Source: Eledone cirrhosa | Taxonomy: Eukaryota | Direction of reading: 5' to 3' | Assembly (NCBI GenBank): GCA_964016885.1 | Contig: OZ024744.1 | Location: 105,834,001 to 105,898,000 of the forward strand | DNA length: 64,000 bases | Part shown: piece after piece, positions 36,544 to 47,607 of the stretch | Numbering within the stretch: the stretch's first letter is position 1 | How the letters are laid out: every line of letters begins with the position of its first letter | Translations under genes and position numbers: made by a program | The notes under the pieces: model-generated | What the model was told of the DNA's origin: nothing | Seen by the model: only the letters and a program-made list of their open reading frames with translations | Database searches by the model: none

Positions 36544-36576
36544 TCATCCAGAGACATTCAGAGCTTTTCCAGTAGG
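36544..36576 (-). CDS. TRAPPC11: TRAPPC11 terminal coding exon
   Basis: Acceptor atttctatttttag; PTGKALNVSG* (TGA); continues SHIFIK| in phase 0, like vertebrate SIFVK|PQG. Confidence 0.75.
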   Translation of the reverse strand, partial: PTGKALNVSG

Positions 36577-36869
36577 CTAAAAATAGAAATAAATAAATAC
36601 AAATTTAATTCAATTCATTATTCTACATTTTCAAGAAAAAATATTAAAGAAAGTTACAATTCAGATAAATAATTATAAATATGTCTAGAAATAAATAGTC
36701 CCTAAGTGTGATTGTGGTAATTTTGTTAAGATTACTTAAGAAACTTTATGGAATGGTTTAGTATATGAAAGGATAGTTTAAAATCTAGATTTTTCATGGT
36801 CTCTGCTCTTGATTCCTGGGCCAAATGTCACCCCCCCCCCCCCCCCCAGTGAACAGGTTTGCACCTGTG

Positions 36870-37350
36870 AATCTTTGTAAATGTTCATGCACATTAACAA
36901 TACATATGCTGTCTTTATGTCTCTACAACTTTCACATGTCCTCTGCATTTACTGCCCATGGCCCATGTTTCATTGCCATGCAACATTGCACTTCTCACAC
37001 AAGCATCATACAACTTCTACTCATAGTTAGAAACCCTTTGTAGCCAACAGAAGTATAGCTCCCCAAACTTTTTCCATCCTGTCCTTATTCTAGCTAATAT
37101 ACTCTCAGAACAACCTCCACTACTAATTATATCAGCTAGGTAACAGAAGCTATCAACTACTTCTCTGGTACCTTCCGTGGATTGGAAAAAGTATATTTCA
37201 CTGCTACTCTAACTACACACTGTTCCTGAAGATCTGCCACATACAAAGTCTATATTTTTTTGTTACTTGGTCTACAATCCCGCTACACATCTTGTGTACC
37301 ACACCTTATATTGTGTACATCATATATTCCTTTTCTTCTTGCTAATCAGG
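36870..37350 (-). mobile_element. Degenerate RTE LINE fragment
   Basis: Nucleotide similarity to 11480-12000 (catgcaacattgc, aaactttttcca, ggatctacatcttgtgtacc-like blocks). Confidence 0.7.
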
Positions 37351-37905
37351 GCCAATATTCAGAATTACATTAAATATTAAAGTTATTACTCTAATACTGC
37401 AAATATTCACAACAATCTGTCCACTAGTAAAGATACTATGAACATTTGAATTAACAAGACATTGTTGAAAAGTACAAAACAGTACTATGACTGTATCACA
37501 TTAACTCTTAACATCCTGTACCATATGAAACCACATTAATAAGACATTCTTAAAAAGTACAAAACAGTACAATGATTACATCACATTAAATATTTATTCT
37601 AATACAGTGAATCTTCACAACAATCTGTCCACCAATAAAGATACTATACAGATTTGAATTAACAAACAAGTTAGACATTTTCTGTTAAATAATCCCAGGG
37701 TGTTAAGAATTAATATAAACTGTCGACTTACTCTTAGATTGGAATACCATCATACTTATATGATCAGGCTTCAGTCTGAGGCCATGTTGGGGCACCACCT
37801 TGAAGGGATTTAGCTGATCATTTCAAGCTCAGAACTCATTTTATTGATCTCTTTTTGTTGAACCACTAAGTTATGAGACATACACAAAAAGTATGTATAT
37901 GTGTG

Positions 37906-37936
<31 letters not shown>

Positions 37937-38014
37937 ATATATCCATATGTAGTTTATGGCTGAGAGAAAAGAGTACTCAATACCGAAGTAGAATTTTAAT
38001 AATTATATAAAAGC

Positions 38015-38140
38015 TAAATAGTGAGTCTTGTTACTCTGGGAGTTTCACCTTTTTATCACAGGGTCATTAGGTAAGAACATCTTGTCTGATGACCTGTGAT
38101 AAACAGGTGAAACTCCCAGAGTAACAGGATTCACTATTTA
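38015..38140. repeat. Palindrome with hammerhead motifs on both arms
   Basis: taaatagtgagtcttgttactctgggagtttcacc..ttatcacagg.tcat / atgacctgtgataaacaggtgaaactcccagagtaacaggattcactattta. Confidence 0.9.
38079..38130 (+). ncRNA. Type I hammerhead ribozyme with a paired stem III
   Basis: Stem I ATCTTGT/ACAGGAT; CTGATGA 38086-38092; stem II CCTGT-GATAA-ACAGG plus an unpaired T; GAAA 38109-38112; stem III CTC-CCA-GAG; GUA triplet. Confidence 0.7.
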
Positions 38141-38145
38141 ACCTT

Positions 38146-40290
38146 CATCATCATCATCATTTTACGTCCGCTCTTCCCTGCTCGCAAGGGTGGGGCGGGT
38201 CTTATTCAGCATCTCTCCACTCGTCACGGTCCTTCGTCATCTCCACCGTGAGTTTCAGCGATCTGAGGTCTGTTCTCACCACCTCCGCCCATGTTTTTCG
38301 TGGTCTACCTCTACCACGTCTTCCTTCAACTGGCATTTCCTGGCACTTCTTCACCTATTGGTCATCCTCCATGCGCATCACATGTCCATACCACCTCAGT
38401 CTCCTCTCCCATACACTACATTCTATCCCTCTCAGACACAGTTTCTCTCTCAACACATTCATGCTGGGTCGTTCACGCACATTTACACAGGCACATCCAA
38501 AAGAGCATGCTTGCCTCATTTCTCTCCAGCCGTCGCATATGCTCTGCAGTTGCTGCCCATGTCTCACTACCATGCAGCATCGCGCTCCTCACACAGGGAT
38601 CATATAACCGGCCTTTCGTGCGCAGAGAGAAACCCTTCTTCGTTAGCAGAGGAAGCAGCTCCCTAAACTTCTTCCAACCCGTCCTTATTCTAGATACTCT
38701 GGCCTCGGAACACCCCCCTCCCCATGCTAATCTGATCAACTAGGTACCGGAAGCTATCCACCACTTCTATAGTGCCCTCCTGCATCTGAAAAATGTGTCT
38801 ATCAATGCGACTTCTACTGTCTAATTTCCCTGTACATCTACTGCATACATATTTCTCCCTACCTGTTAGTTTGCCAGCTATCCCGCTACATCTCTTGTGT
38901 ACCCAAGATCTGCATTGTGTGCATTTTATAGAATTTATGCAAATTCCTTTTCTGCATATCGAACATGGCCATTTCCAGACGGAATGAGAGTTTTGTCCTC
39001 TTTTCTACTCATCAACACTTTTGTCTTAGCTAGGTTCACTCTCAGTCCTCTTAATTCCAACTGCTGTTTCCATAGCCAGAATTTATTCTCTAGCCCCTCT
39101 ACTGATTCTGCTATAAGAACCAGATCGTCAGCATAGAGAACTTCCAATGGACAGCCAATCTTAAACTCCTCTGTTATGGCTTGGAGGACTATAATGAACA
39201 AGAGCGGGCTGAGGACCGAACCTTGATGTACTCCTACTTGTATCTGGAATTCCTCACTAAACTCCATTCCTACCCTGACTTTACTGAGAGTACCTCTGTA
39301 CAAAGTTTGCAGTCCTCACAAGCCATTCCTCAACACCTAGTTTCCTTAGGGACCACCAGATGACAGATCGGGGTACCCTATCAAAGGCCTTCTCTAGGTC
39401 AACAAAGGCTAAGTATAGTGGCTTATTTTTCTCTAAGAACCTCTCTTGTAATTGTCTCACCAAGAAGAGGGCATCTGTTGTACTCTTCCCAGGCACAAAA
39501 CCAAACTGCATCTCATCTAGTTTCTCTAATTAGTTGTGCTAATATCCTTTCTGCCACTTTCATAACCTGATCCATCAGTTTAATACCCCTATAATTGCTC
39601 CTCTCCAGAGCATTCCCTTTACCTTTGTAGCAATTTATGAGAATACTGCTGCACCAGTCTTTGGGTATGACACCACCATATATAGCCTGATTGATTATGC
39701 GTGCAACCAGTTTAGTGCCTACGTCCCCTGATGCCTTCAGCATCTCAGCAACTATTCCCGATGGTCCAGCAGCCTTACCATTTTTCATTTCCTTAATCGC
39801 CTCTTGGACCCTATATTCATCAATCTCAATAGCTGGTCCCTCTGTCGGATCTACTGAGGGTAATTTCTCTCTCTCCCATTCGTTCTCCACATTCATCAGT
39901 CTCTCATAATGGCATTTCCAGGCCTCCTTTTTCTGGTCATTCGTGACACTAAGTACACCGGCATCATCCCGGACACATTTATCTCCAACAACATCCTGAT
40001 TTGCATTGATACACTGCCTTGCAATGTGGAACACCGCACGCCTCTGATCTTCCCGTCGCAGAACATTGGCAAACCTCCTACTCTCAGCCTCCTTGCGTGC
40101 TAAGTACACCTGATGTCTAGCTTCTCTCTTAGCGGCTGTATATTCTTCCCTACTCCCACCCTTTTCCCAAGCCTCCCATGCTAGTCTTTTGTCTCTAACG
40201 GCCTTATCTACTGTGCTGTTCCACCACCAGGTCACTCTCTGTCTGGTTGGAGCTCTGCTCCAGCCACAAGTTTCATCAGTAGCCTCCAGT
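38146..40290 (-). mobile_element. 5'-truncated RTE-clade LINE with stops/frameshifts
   Basis: WWWN, KNGKAAGPSG, NYRGIKLM, QFGFVPGKSTTDA, AFVDLEKAFDRV, GVHQGSVLSPLLF, YADD, MLHGSETW, RLRWYGHV; (ATG)n tail at 38146. Confidence 0.95.
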
Positions 40291-41031
40291 ATATATATGC
40301 TTCTCTATTGTTTTTAATGGTTTCAGTCATTGAAGTGCTGGAGCACTGTAAAGGTGTTAGTCAAATATTATGGACCATTGTTCTGTATACAGTTCTTAAT
40401 TCTTTCAGTTGTGCAAGCCACTAAATATGAAGTGGACATGGCATAGGGTAACACAAATAGTGCAGGGTGTTATTCGAAACTTCACAGTTATCTCTCCACA
40501 TAGATATAATCAGACACATATACTAGCAGTTTTACCCAACATTACTTAGGTGCTAAATATGTAATTTTTTTAAGAGGAGGGAGGGGGGGGGGGGATTTAA
40601 ATGACAACTTATAGCCATGTTTGTCTGTAGTCCTTTATATAAACATGAATTGACAATCATAGGGAGACCCGAGACCAGGATTTCCTCCCTGGAGTATTCT
40701 GGGAAGCATCTGGATCTTTGTGTTAAATTTGGTAAAGATTTATCGTGAAATAGCAATGTTGTTTGAAGACAAACTTTTGATATGATAACCTTCTTATTGC
40801 TGGTAAAGTGTAGAAATGTATATAAGGAAGATCCAATCCAACCCGAAACTCATCAGAGATCAGGGGGCTTTGACTAAGTACTCTCTTGGTTTGTGATGTC
40901 CCATCTAACCCTTGCTAGAAAGGAAAGGAAATTTAAATGATGATGATGATGATGATGATGATATAGAATAAATGTTTCATTGTGCAATGTTGAAAGAGTA
41001 AGAAGGGTAATTAAGGTGAAACCCTATTTAC

Positions 41032-41217
41032 CTTAATAAATATATGAGAAGGTATTAACTTCTGTAGTACTTCATCCATACTGTCACCAGTAGCAGTACC
41101 ACCACCTCCTTGACTGAGGTTCAGATGTAGTTTAGGCAGGCTTACATGACCAGGTAGTAATGGAAATAGGTTATAGGTCAACTGGTATTGACCAATAGGA
41201 GGGATACGAAAATGTAT
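41032..41217 (-). CDS. TRAPPC11: TRAPPC11 penultimate coding exon
   Basis: Acceptor ttttatatttcag, donor gtaaat; IHFRIPPIGQYQLTYNLFPLLPGHVSLPKLHLNLSQGGGGTATGDSMDEVLQKLIPSHIFIK (recalled vertebrate IRLRILP..YNFYPLMAGYQQLPSL..IPTSIFVK). Confidence 0.92.
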
Positions 41218-41319
41218 CTGAAATATAAAAATTGATGAAAGTAAATATCAATAGGACATATATTTAATATATACACTACATTCCATTTAATATATATATA
41301 CACACACTACACCTCCTCT

Positions 41320-41364
<45 letters not shown>

Positions 41365-41367
<3 letters not shown>

Positions 41368-41610
41368 ACACCACATATTTAATATATACACTGCGTGTTT
41401 AATATATACACCACATGTTTAATGTACACACCAAATGTTTAATACACACACCACATGTTTAATATATACACCACCTGTTTAATATATAAACTGTGTTTAA
41501 TATATACACCACATGTTTAATATATACACTACCTGTTTAATATATACACCACATGTTTAATATATACACCACCTGTTTAATATATACACCACATGTTTAA
41601 TATATACATT
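41365..41610. repeat. ~20-21-bp minisatellite (accacatgtttaatatatac)
   Basis: Direct reading. Confidence 0.88.
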
Positions 41611-42079
41611 ACTCTACATCCAACATTTGACTGAATAGTGTTGTGAAATGGAGCATCAGTAGAACTGAACAGTTTGTTAAGAGGAGTTTATTTATGAACT
41701 TTACACCATATGAAATTCTTAAGGAGATGAAAAGAAGAACACAGCAAACACCAGGAAGGTGCATGTCCCCCTAGCCTGTTTTGTCATAGGGTGGCTACCC
41801 TTTCTTTACTCAACCTCCAGATGATGAAGTATGAGAGATTTTGTAAACAAAGTATTCTCAGTGAAGTTTTATGTACATATAGTGCAAGTTCAACTGGCTT
41901 GCTTTAATTAATGATAACACTAATACATTGTGATTCACAATAAAGGCATTCATAAACATATATACAATACATATAAGTTTAGTCTTGTGAGTATTTTAAA
42001 TTATGTAAACATATTGTATATTGGTTCATACCTGCTTTTGTTCTGAATTTTATTGTATTAGTGCAATCAATAAATATAT

Positions 42080-42417
42080 GGAGGCACATGGCTTAGCGGT
42101 TAGAGCATTGGCCTTGCAATCGAAAGGTTGTGAGTTCAATTCTCAGACCGGGTGATGTGTTGTTTCCTTGAGCAAGACACTTTATTTCACATTGCTCCAG
42201 TTTACTCAGCTGTAGAAATGAGATGATAGGGACTGGGGTCCCAATCATTCCACTGCAAAGTGGTCGTGGAGATGCCACGGCAAAAAAGCACCCAGCACTC
42301 ACTGTAAATGAGGTTGGTGTTAAGAAGGGCATCCAGCTGTAGAAATCAAGCCAGAATCAGTTCCCGTCCCACCCTTGCAAGCAGGGAAAAGCGGACGTAA
42401 AATGATGATGATGATGA
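42080..42417 (+). mobile_element. tRNA-derived CORE-like SINE (family A), full length
   Basis: Near-identical to 10406-10746; (ATG)n tail. Confidence 0.88.
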
Positions 42418-42544
42418 TATGTATAATATATAAAATAAACTGTACAAATTACACTAAATACATGAGCAAATAAAAAAATACTATATTTCTCAAATATATG
42501 TATATTATCATCTTAAACAAAGGACACATAGTGTAGTTCTTTAA

Positions 42545-42751
42545 CCCTTTAGAATTTACATTACTCTATATATGCTATTGTAGTTTTTGTGGTAAAGGCT
42601 TTATCTTACATAATATCTCACATATCGAATCTACAAGATTTTAATATTATTTATTTTGAGAACAATATATTAACATCAATATGAGTGGCCGGTTTGAATA
42701 GAAAAGGTGCGAGAATTCTTGCCAGATATGGCCGGTTTAAATGCTAAAGGG
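42545..42751. mobile_element. piggyBac-type MITE
   Basis: TTAA TSD (42541-42544, 42752-42755); TIR CCCTTTAG(A/C)ATTTA, 13/14 match. Confidence 0.78.
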
Positions 42752-42801
42752 TTAAACAAAATACAACTAGGATCAATAAAATAAATTGTTACACAACAAA
42801 C

Positions 42802-43039
42802 CTGTTTATTTCCTGAGAACATAAAGCTATCACTTGGCTCCATGACAGCTTCTAATTCTTGCATTAAAGTTGTTTTGTTATGGATCTCATAGATCAAAGG
42901 GAGCAGAGTTTTTACACTACCAAAAGCTGGTAAATGGAGGCCAACAGATATCGGAATACATTCTATATTCAAAGCTGGTAGCGGAAAGACTGTGCTTACA
43001 TAGGGACTCGACATACCACTATCATCATTTTCAGTTTTC
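42802..43039 (-). CDS. TRAPPC11: TRAPPC11 exon
   Basis: Acceptor ttttgtttctatag, donor gtttgt; KTENDDSGMSSPYVSTVFPLPALNIECIPISVGLHLPAFGSVKTLLPLIYEIHNKTTLMQELEAVMEPSDSFMFSGNKQ matches TRAPPC11 LPSFG..QNKT..VEPSDAFMFSGLKQ. Confidence 0.95.
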
Positions 43040-43669
43040 CTATAGAAACAAAACCCCAAAAGACCCAAAAGTGAATACAGAGAAGTTTTTCAATGAGACT
43101 TTAAATATTCAAATTTTTTAATTCATTTAAAATTGTTGAAATGTTCCAAATTTATTCATTAAATGAAAAAGAAAATTTAAAACAATCGGTTCAGAAGATA
43201 CCCCCCACCACATCCACCACATACAAAATACAATTCTTTTTAACTTTGGTACAAAATGCAAAAATAATTTTTTTTTTCTGAACGAGCTAATGAATTGATT
43301 CTTCACATTATATTAATGGTACTTATTGATCTCAGATACTTGAAAGGTAAAATCAATCTATGAAGGACGTCAACACTGAGATGTAATTACACACAGTCAA
43401 ACCTTTGGCCTGATACTCCCACAAAATGGTGTGCATTGGAGTTTTAATTCAGAACAAAGCTATCCAGTGCAGCACCTGCTCTTCTCCCCTCCACTGCCAC
43501 CAACTTTATTGTCTATTTCCTTCATGGTACCATGATCCTTATTCTTTAAGACTTTGGTCTTTGCTAAGTAAGGCATTTCAATTCTAGATTTTGTTTCCAT
43601 GTTTTGAGCTTCTTCTCTAAATCAGATTCAGTTGTAAATAGCAGGTCATTAGCATATATGAGGAGGTAG

Positions 43670-43897
43670 ATGGTGGAGGTGTAAGGTATGTACATCACAC
43701 CTCCGCCATCAATGAAATGGTGGAGGTGTGATGTACGTACATCACACCTCCACCACCAGGGAAATGGTGGAGGTGTGATGTACGTACATCACACCTCCAC
43801 CACCAGGGAAATGGTGGAGGTGTGATGTACGTACCTCACACCTCCACCACCAGGGAAATGGTGGAGGTGTGAGGTACGTACATCACACCTCCACCAT
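43670..43897. repeat. Tandem array (5 x 47 bp) of 38-bp palindromes
   Basis: tggtggaggtgtgatgtac|gtacatcacacctccacca separated by ccagggaaa. Confidence 0.93.
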
Positions 43898-43954
43898 CAA
43901 AGAAACGCAAGGAAATGGATGTGCTGAATTTACAGAAAACGAGTAGATAGGTTT

Positions 43955-44505
43955 AGTAGGAGGACTGTGATTGGTTGTATTAGGTGTAGTAGGAGGACTG
44001 TGATTGGTTGTATTAGGTGTAGTAGGAGGGCTGTGATTTGTTGTATTAGGTGTAGGAGGACTGTGATTGGTTGTATTAGGTGTAGTAGGAGGACTGTGAT
44101 TGGTTGTATTAGGTGTAGTAGGAGGACTGTGATTGGTTGTATTAGGTGTAGTAGGAGGGCTGTGATTGGTTGTATTAGGTGTAGAAGGAGGGCTGTGATT
44201 TGTTGTATTAGGTGTAGGAGGACTGTGATTGGTTGTATTAGGTGTAGTAGGAGGACTGTGATTGGTTGTATTAGGTGTAGAAGGAGGGCTGTGATTTGTT
44301 GTATTAGGTGTAGGAGGACTGTAATTGGTTGTATTAGGTGTAGTAGGAGGACTGTGATTGGTTGTATTAGGTGTAGAAGGAGGGCTGTGATTTGTTGTAT
44401 TAGGTGTAGGAGGACTGTGATTTGTTGTATTAGGTGTAGTAGGAGGGCTGTGATTGGTTGTATTAGGTGTAGTAGGAGGTCTGTGATTGGTTGTGTAAGG
44501 TGTAG
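43955..44505. repeat. 33/30-bp minisatellite (~17 copies)
   Basis: Unit taggaggactgtgattggttgtattaggtgtag. Confidence 0.93.
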
Positions 44506-44990
44506 ACCATATTCTACATCCTGTTCATGGCTGCAGGATTGCGTTAACCCAGTCAGATTTACGTGAATATTTAAAATTTAATGCAAGAAGTTTGTTGTAT
44601 ATATATTTAGATAGAGATAGTGAAGTATTTATGTCATAGAACATATGTTTAGCAACTACTATATACAAACATATCTTGGAGTAGAATAGGTACAATAAAT
44701 CCCTGGATGTTGTTAGAGGTAACTAGAATGGCTGCAGGAAAAGCATCCAGCTGTAAAATATTGCTTCAAAAGGTCCCATTGAACCCATGCCAACATGGAA
44801 GAAGACATACAAATGATGAGATGAATTTATATATATTTTCTACCATTTTATTAAGTTGTTAAAAAACAGTCAATTTTTTTAATGTGAAAAGTTTGAAAAG
44901 ATATGAAGAAATTTAATTAAAAATAAAATAACTGATAAATTCATATTGACACTTCCATCCTTCCATAATAAAAGAAAATAATTAACATAC

Positions 44991-45096
44991 CGCCTCCAAT
45001 GTAGTTTATATGAACCTAACGGAACAGTTGCAGGTGATTTAACAGATATTTGTAAACAAATACACTCTGTTGCACATTCTGATCGAGCAATTACCA
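44991..45096 (-). CDS. TRAPPC11: TRAPPC11 exon
   Basis: Acceptor tttttctctctag, donor gtatgt; (V)VIARSECATECICLQISVKSPATVPLGSYKLHWR(R); phase 1 in, phase 2 out. Confidence 0.9.
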
Positions 45097-45110
45097 CTAG
45101 AGAGAAAAAT

Positions 45111-45159
<49 letters not shown>

Positions 45160-45161
<2 letters not shown>

Positions 45162-45241
45162 CTTTCTTTATTAACCACAAGGGTTTACACAAAGTAGACA
45201 TTAAGGACAGTACAGGACAATACAGGATGGTACAAATGGGC
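45160..45241 (-). mobile_element. Short 3' end of a Tx1/L1-like LINE
   Basis: ttctttatta.ccacaaggg..acattaaggacagtacaggac..tac homologous to 45510-45580; flanked by TAA repeats. Confidence 0.7.
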
Positions 45242-45436
45242 ATAATAATTGTTTCTACTTTTTGGCACAAGGCCAGCAATTAACCAGTGTATTACTGGTA
45301 CTTTATTTTATTGACCCCGTAAGGATGAAAGGCAAAGTTAACCTCGGCGGGATTCGAACTCAGAATGGCAAGGGCCGTAACTCTGTGCGTCAAAGCATAG
45401 CGTCCGACCCTCTACCGATACTGCCAATCCACCGCA
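45242..45436 (-). mobile_element. Family-B SINE
   Basis: Reverse complement of the 25267/54954 family. Confidence 0.85.
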
Positions 45437-45784
45437 CATAATAATAATTGTTTCTACTTTAGGCACAAGGCCAGCAATTACCCAGTGCATTTAATAATAA
45501 TAATAAATGATTTCTTTATTAGCCACAAGGGCTGACATCAAGAAAAACATTACAGACGGTACAGGACGGTACGATCTGGGTTTTGTGCGTGTAAATATTT
45601 TTATTATTTATATAAGAAAAGAAAAAAAAAGGACATAGAAACATATATATATAAACAATAAAAATGAAAATTGAAACAATTAAAAATTCCCCAATAGGGG
45701 GAAAACCTCCGAGGGTTACTCGTGGCGAAAACCACACAAAAGACCATGGCCACCCTGACTACCAGGGCAAGCGCGCTCTCTCAA

Positions 45785-47562
45785 ACTACAGACGTATATT
45801 CAGAGTGGTCCCGTTCACTCGGACCATTCTCGCTACATTCACCCACCTTTCAACAAACTTGCTAGAAAGCAGCACTTGCCTCTCCACCCTGATTTTCCTC
45901 TTCAAGTGAAACTTGAAAAAGTTAATTAGGGATTCGCCGAAGAGGAAAGTGTCTGTCTTTAACCCTTTTAACCTTGTCCACCACACAATCTCTTTCGCCA
46001 TGGCCACCAGGCAGATGAAAACCGCCTGCCCTTCCTCCTCGAAGGAAGACGCGGCGAGACCATCTGCACAATGGACTCAGTCGATAACCGGATCAGTCCT
46101 ACACGCGACAGCAACTGTTCGACATAGCTCCACAAGTCAGCAAGGCTCGGGCACTGAACGAGTGTGTGCATGACGGTTTCGTTGCTCTGCGTGCATCTTG
46201 GACAGGCTCGGGTGACGGCACTTCCGTGCCTGTAGAGCTTATCTCGAACCGGCAGCGCTCCCCGGTAGCACTGCCAGGCCAGGGATTTTTTGAAATTATC
46301 CATAGGCCCTGGGCTGAAAGTTCTCCGGAAGAGAGCAATCAGCTGATCTTCTTCGACGCCCAGGATCTCTCCGAGATTGTCGTTGCTCAGGGACAGCTTC
46401 CTCTCAGCCCATTTCTGGGTGAGGGAGGCCACCCTGCTCGTCACCTCGTTCCAGTTTTTCTCCATCTGGAGGTCCAGTCCGAACCAGACCCCGAGCAATT
46501 TAACCGGTCCGTCCGTCCAACGCCCCACGACGTTGTCGGATGGCATGGACTTGCCTCTCCAGGTGCCGAGCTGCAAGCCCACCGACTTTTCCTGGTTTAT
46601 CTTTGCTCCTGTCACCGCTTCGTATTTCTTGAGAGCGGTGCCGAACATCTGGACATGTCTGGTACTCGACACCACCACGTTGACGTCGTCGGCGTAAGCC
46701 AACTCGGATTTCCCGCATCCTAGTTCCCGCATCCTAGTTCGCGTGGGACGCCCCTCATCGCCCCCAGTTTATGCAGTCACGGCTCGAGAGTCAATACGTA
46801 CAAGAGGGATGAGAGGGGACAACCCTGGCGGACTGAGCGCATGATGCTGAACGGCTGCGACAGGTGACCGTTCACCCTCACAACTGAGCACATGTCGCTG
46901 TACATTGCAGCGATCCAACCCCTGAAAACGGGCCCGAAACCGGCTGCCTTGAGGACCGCCGCCAGGTACCGATGGTCGACCCTATCGAATGCTTTGGATT
47001 GATCCAAGTTGATCAGGGCCCCACCCGTGCCAGGTTCCTTAACCACCCTCTCTACGATGTATTGCATGAGGTGGAGGTTGTTGTGTATGGATCTGTCTGG
47101 AATGGCACATGTCTGCACCTCTCCCACCAGACCCTTGACGACAAGCGCCAACCTCATTGCTAACACCTTGGCCAACATCTTGAACTCTGCGTTTAGCAGG
47201 GTTATGGGCCTGAAATTATCGATAACATCCCCCTTGTTCAGGTCTTTTCTCAGCAGCGCCACTGCTCCCCGGCTCACAAAACTGGGAATGCTCCCGTTCT
47301 GCTGCCAGTTGCAGTAGACGTCTGCCAAGAGGTCACCGAACAAGTCTGGCATAAATGCATAAAGCTCGTAGGGCAGACCATCTAAACCTGGCGATTTACC
47401 TCTTGTGCAGTTTGCCATCGCTTCCCGTATTTCACCGGCTGTTATTGGCTTTTCGCAACACTGTTCTGCGGTCGTCGAGAGCCAAGGCAGTCCGTCGAGG
47501 TATGCACTGAAGTCCATGCCCCGATCCAGGCCGCAGCCACTCCCGATTCGAGCATCACGCAC
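45785..47562 (-). pseudogene. LINE ORF2 remnant (RT and C-terminal zinc motif; APE endonuclease absent)
   Basis: RT motifs in ORFs 46777..47562 and 45968..46732; stop and small duplication near 46712-46780. Confidence 0.88.
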
Positions 47563-47607
47563 CCGTTTTGGTCATGTTGGATGAGAAACGGCGCAAGTGA
47601 GAAAGGG

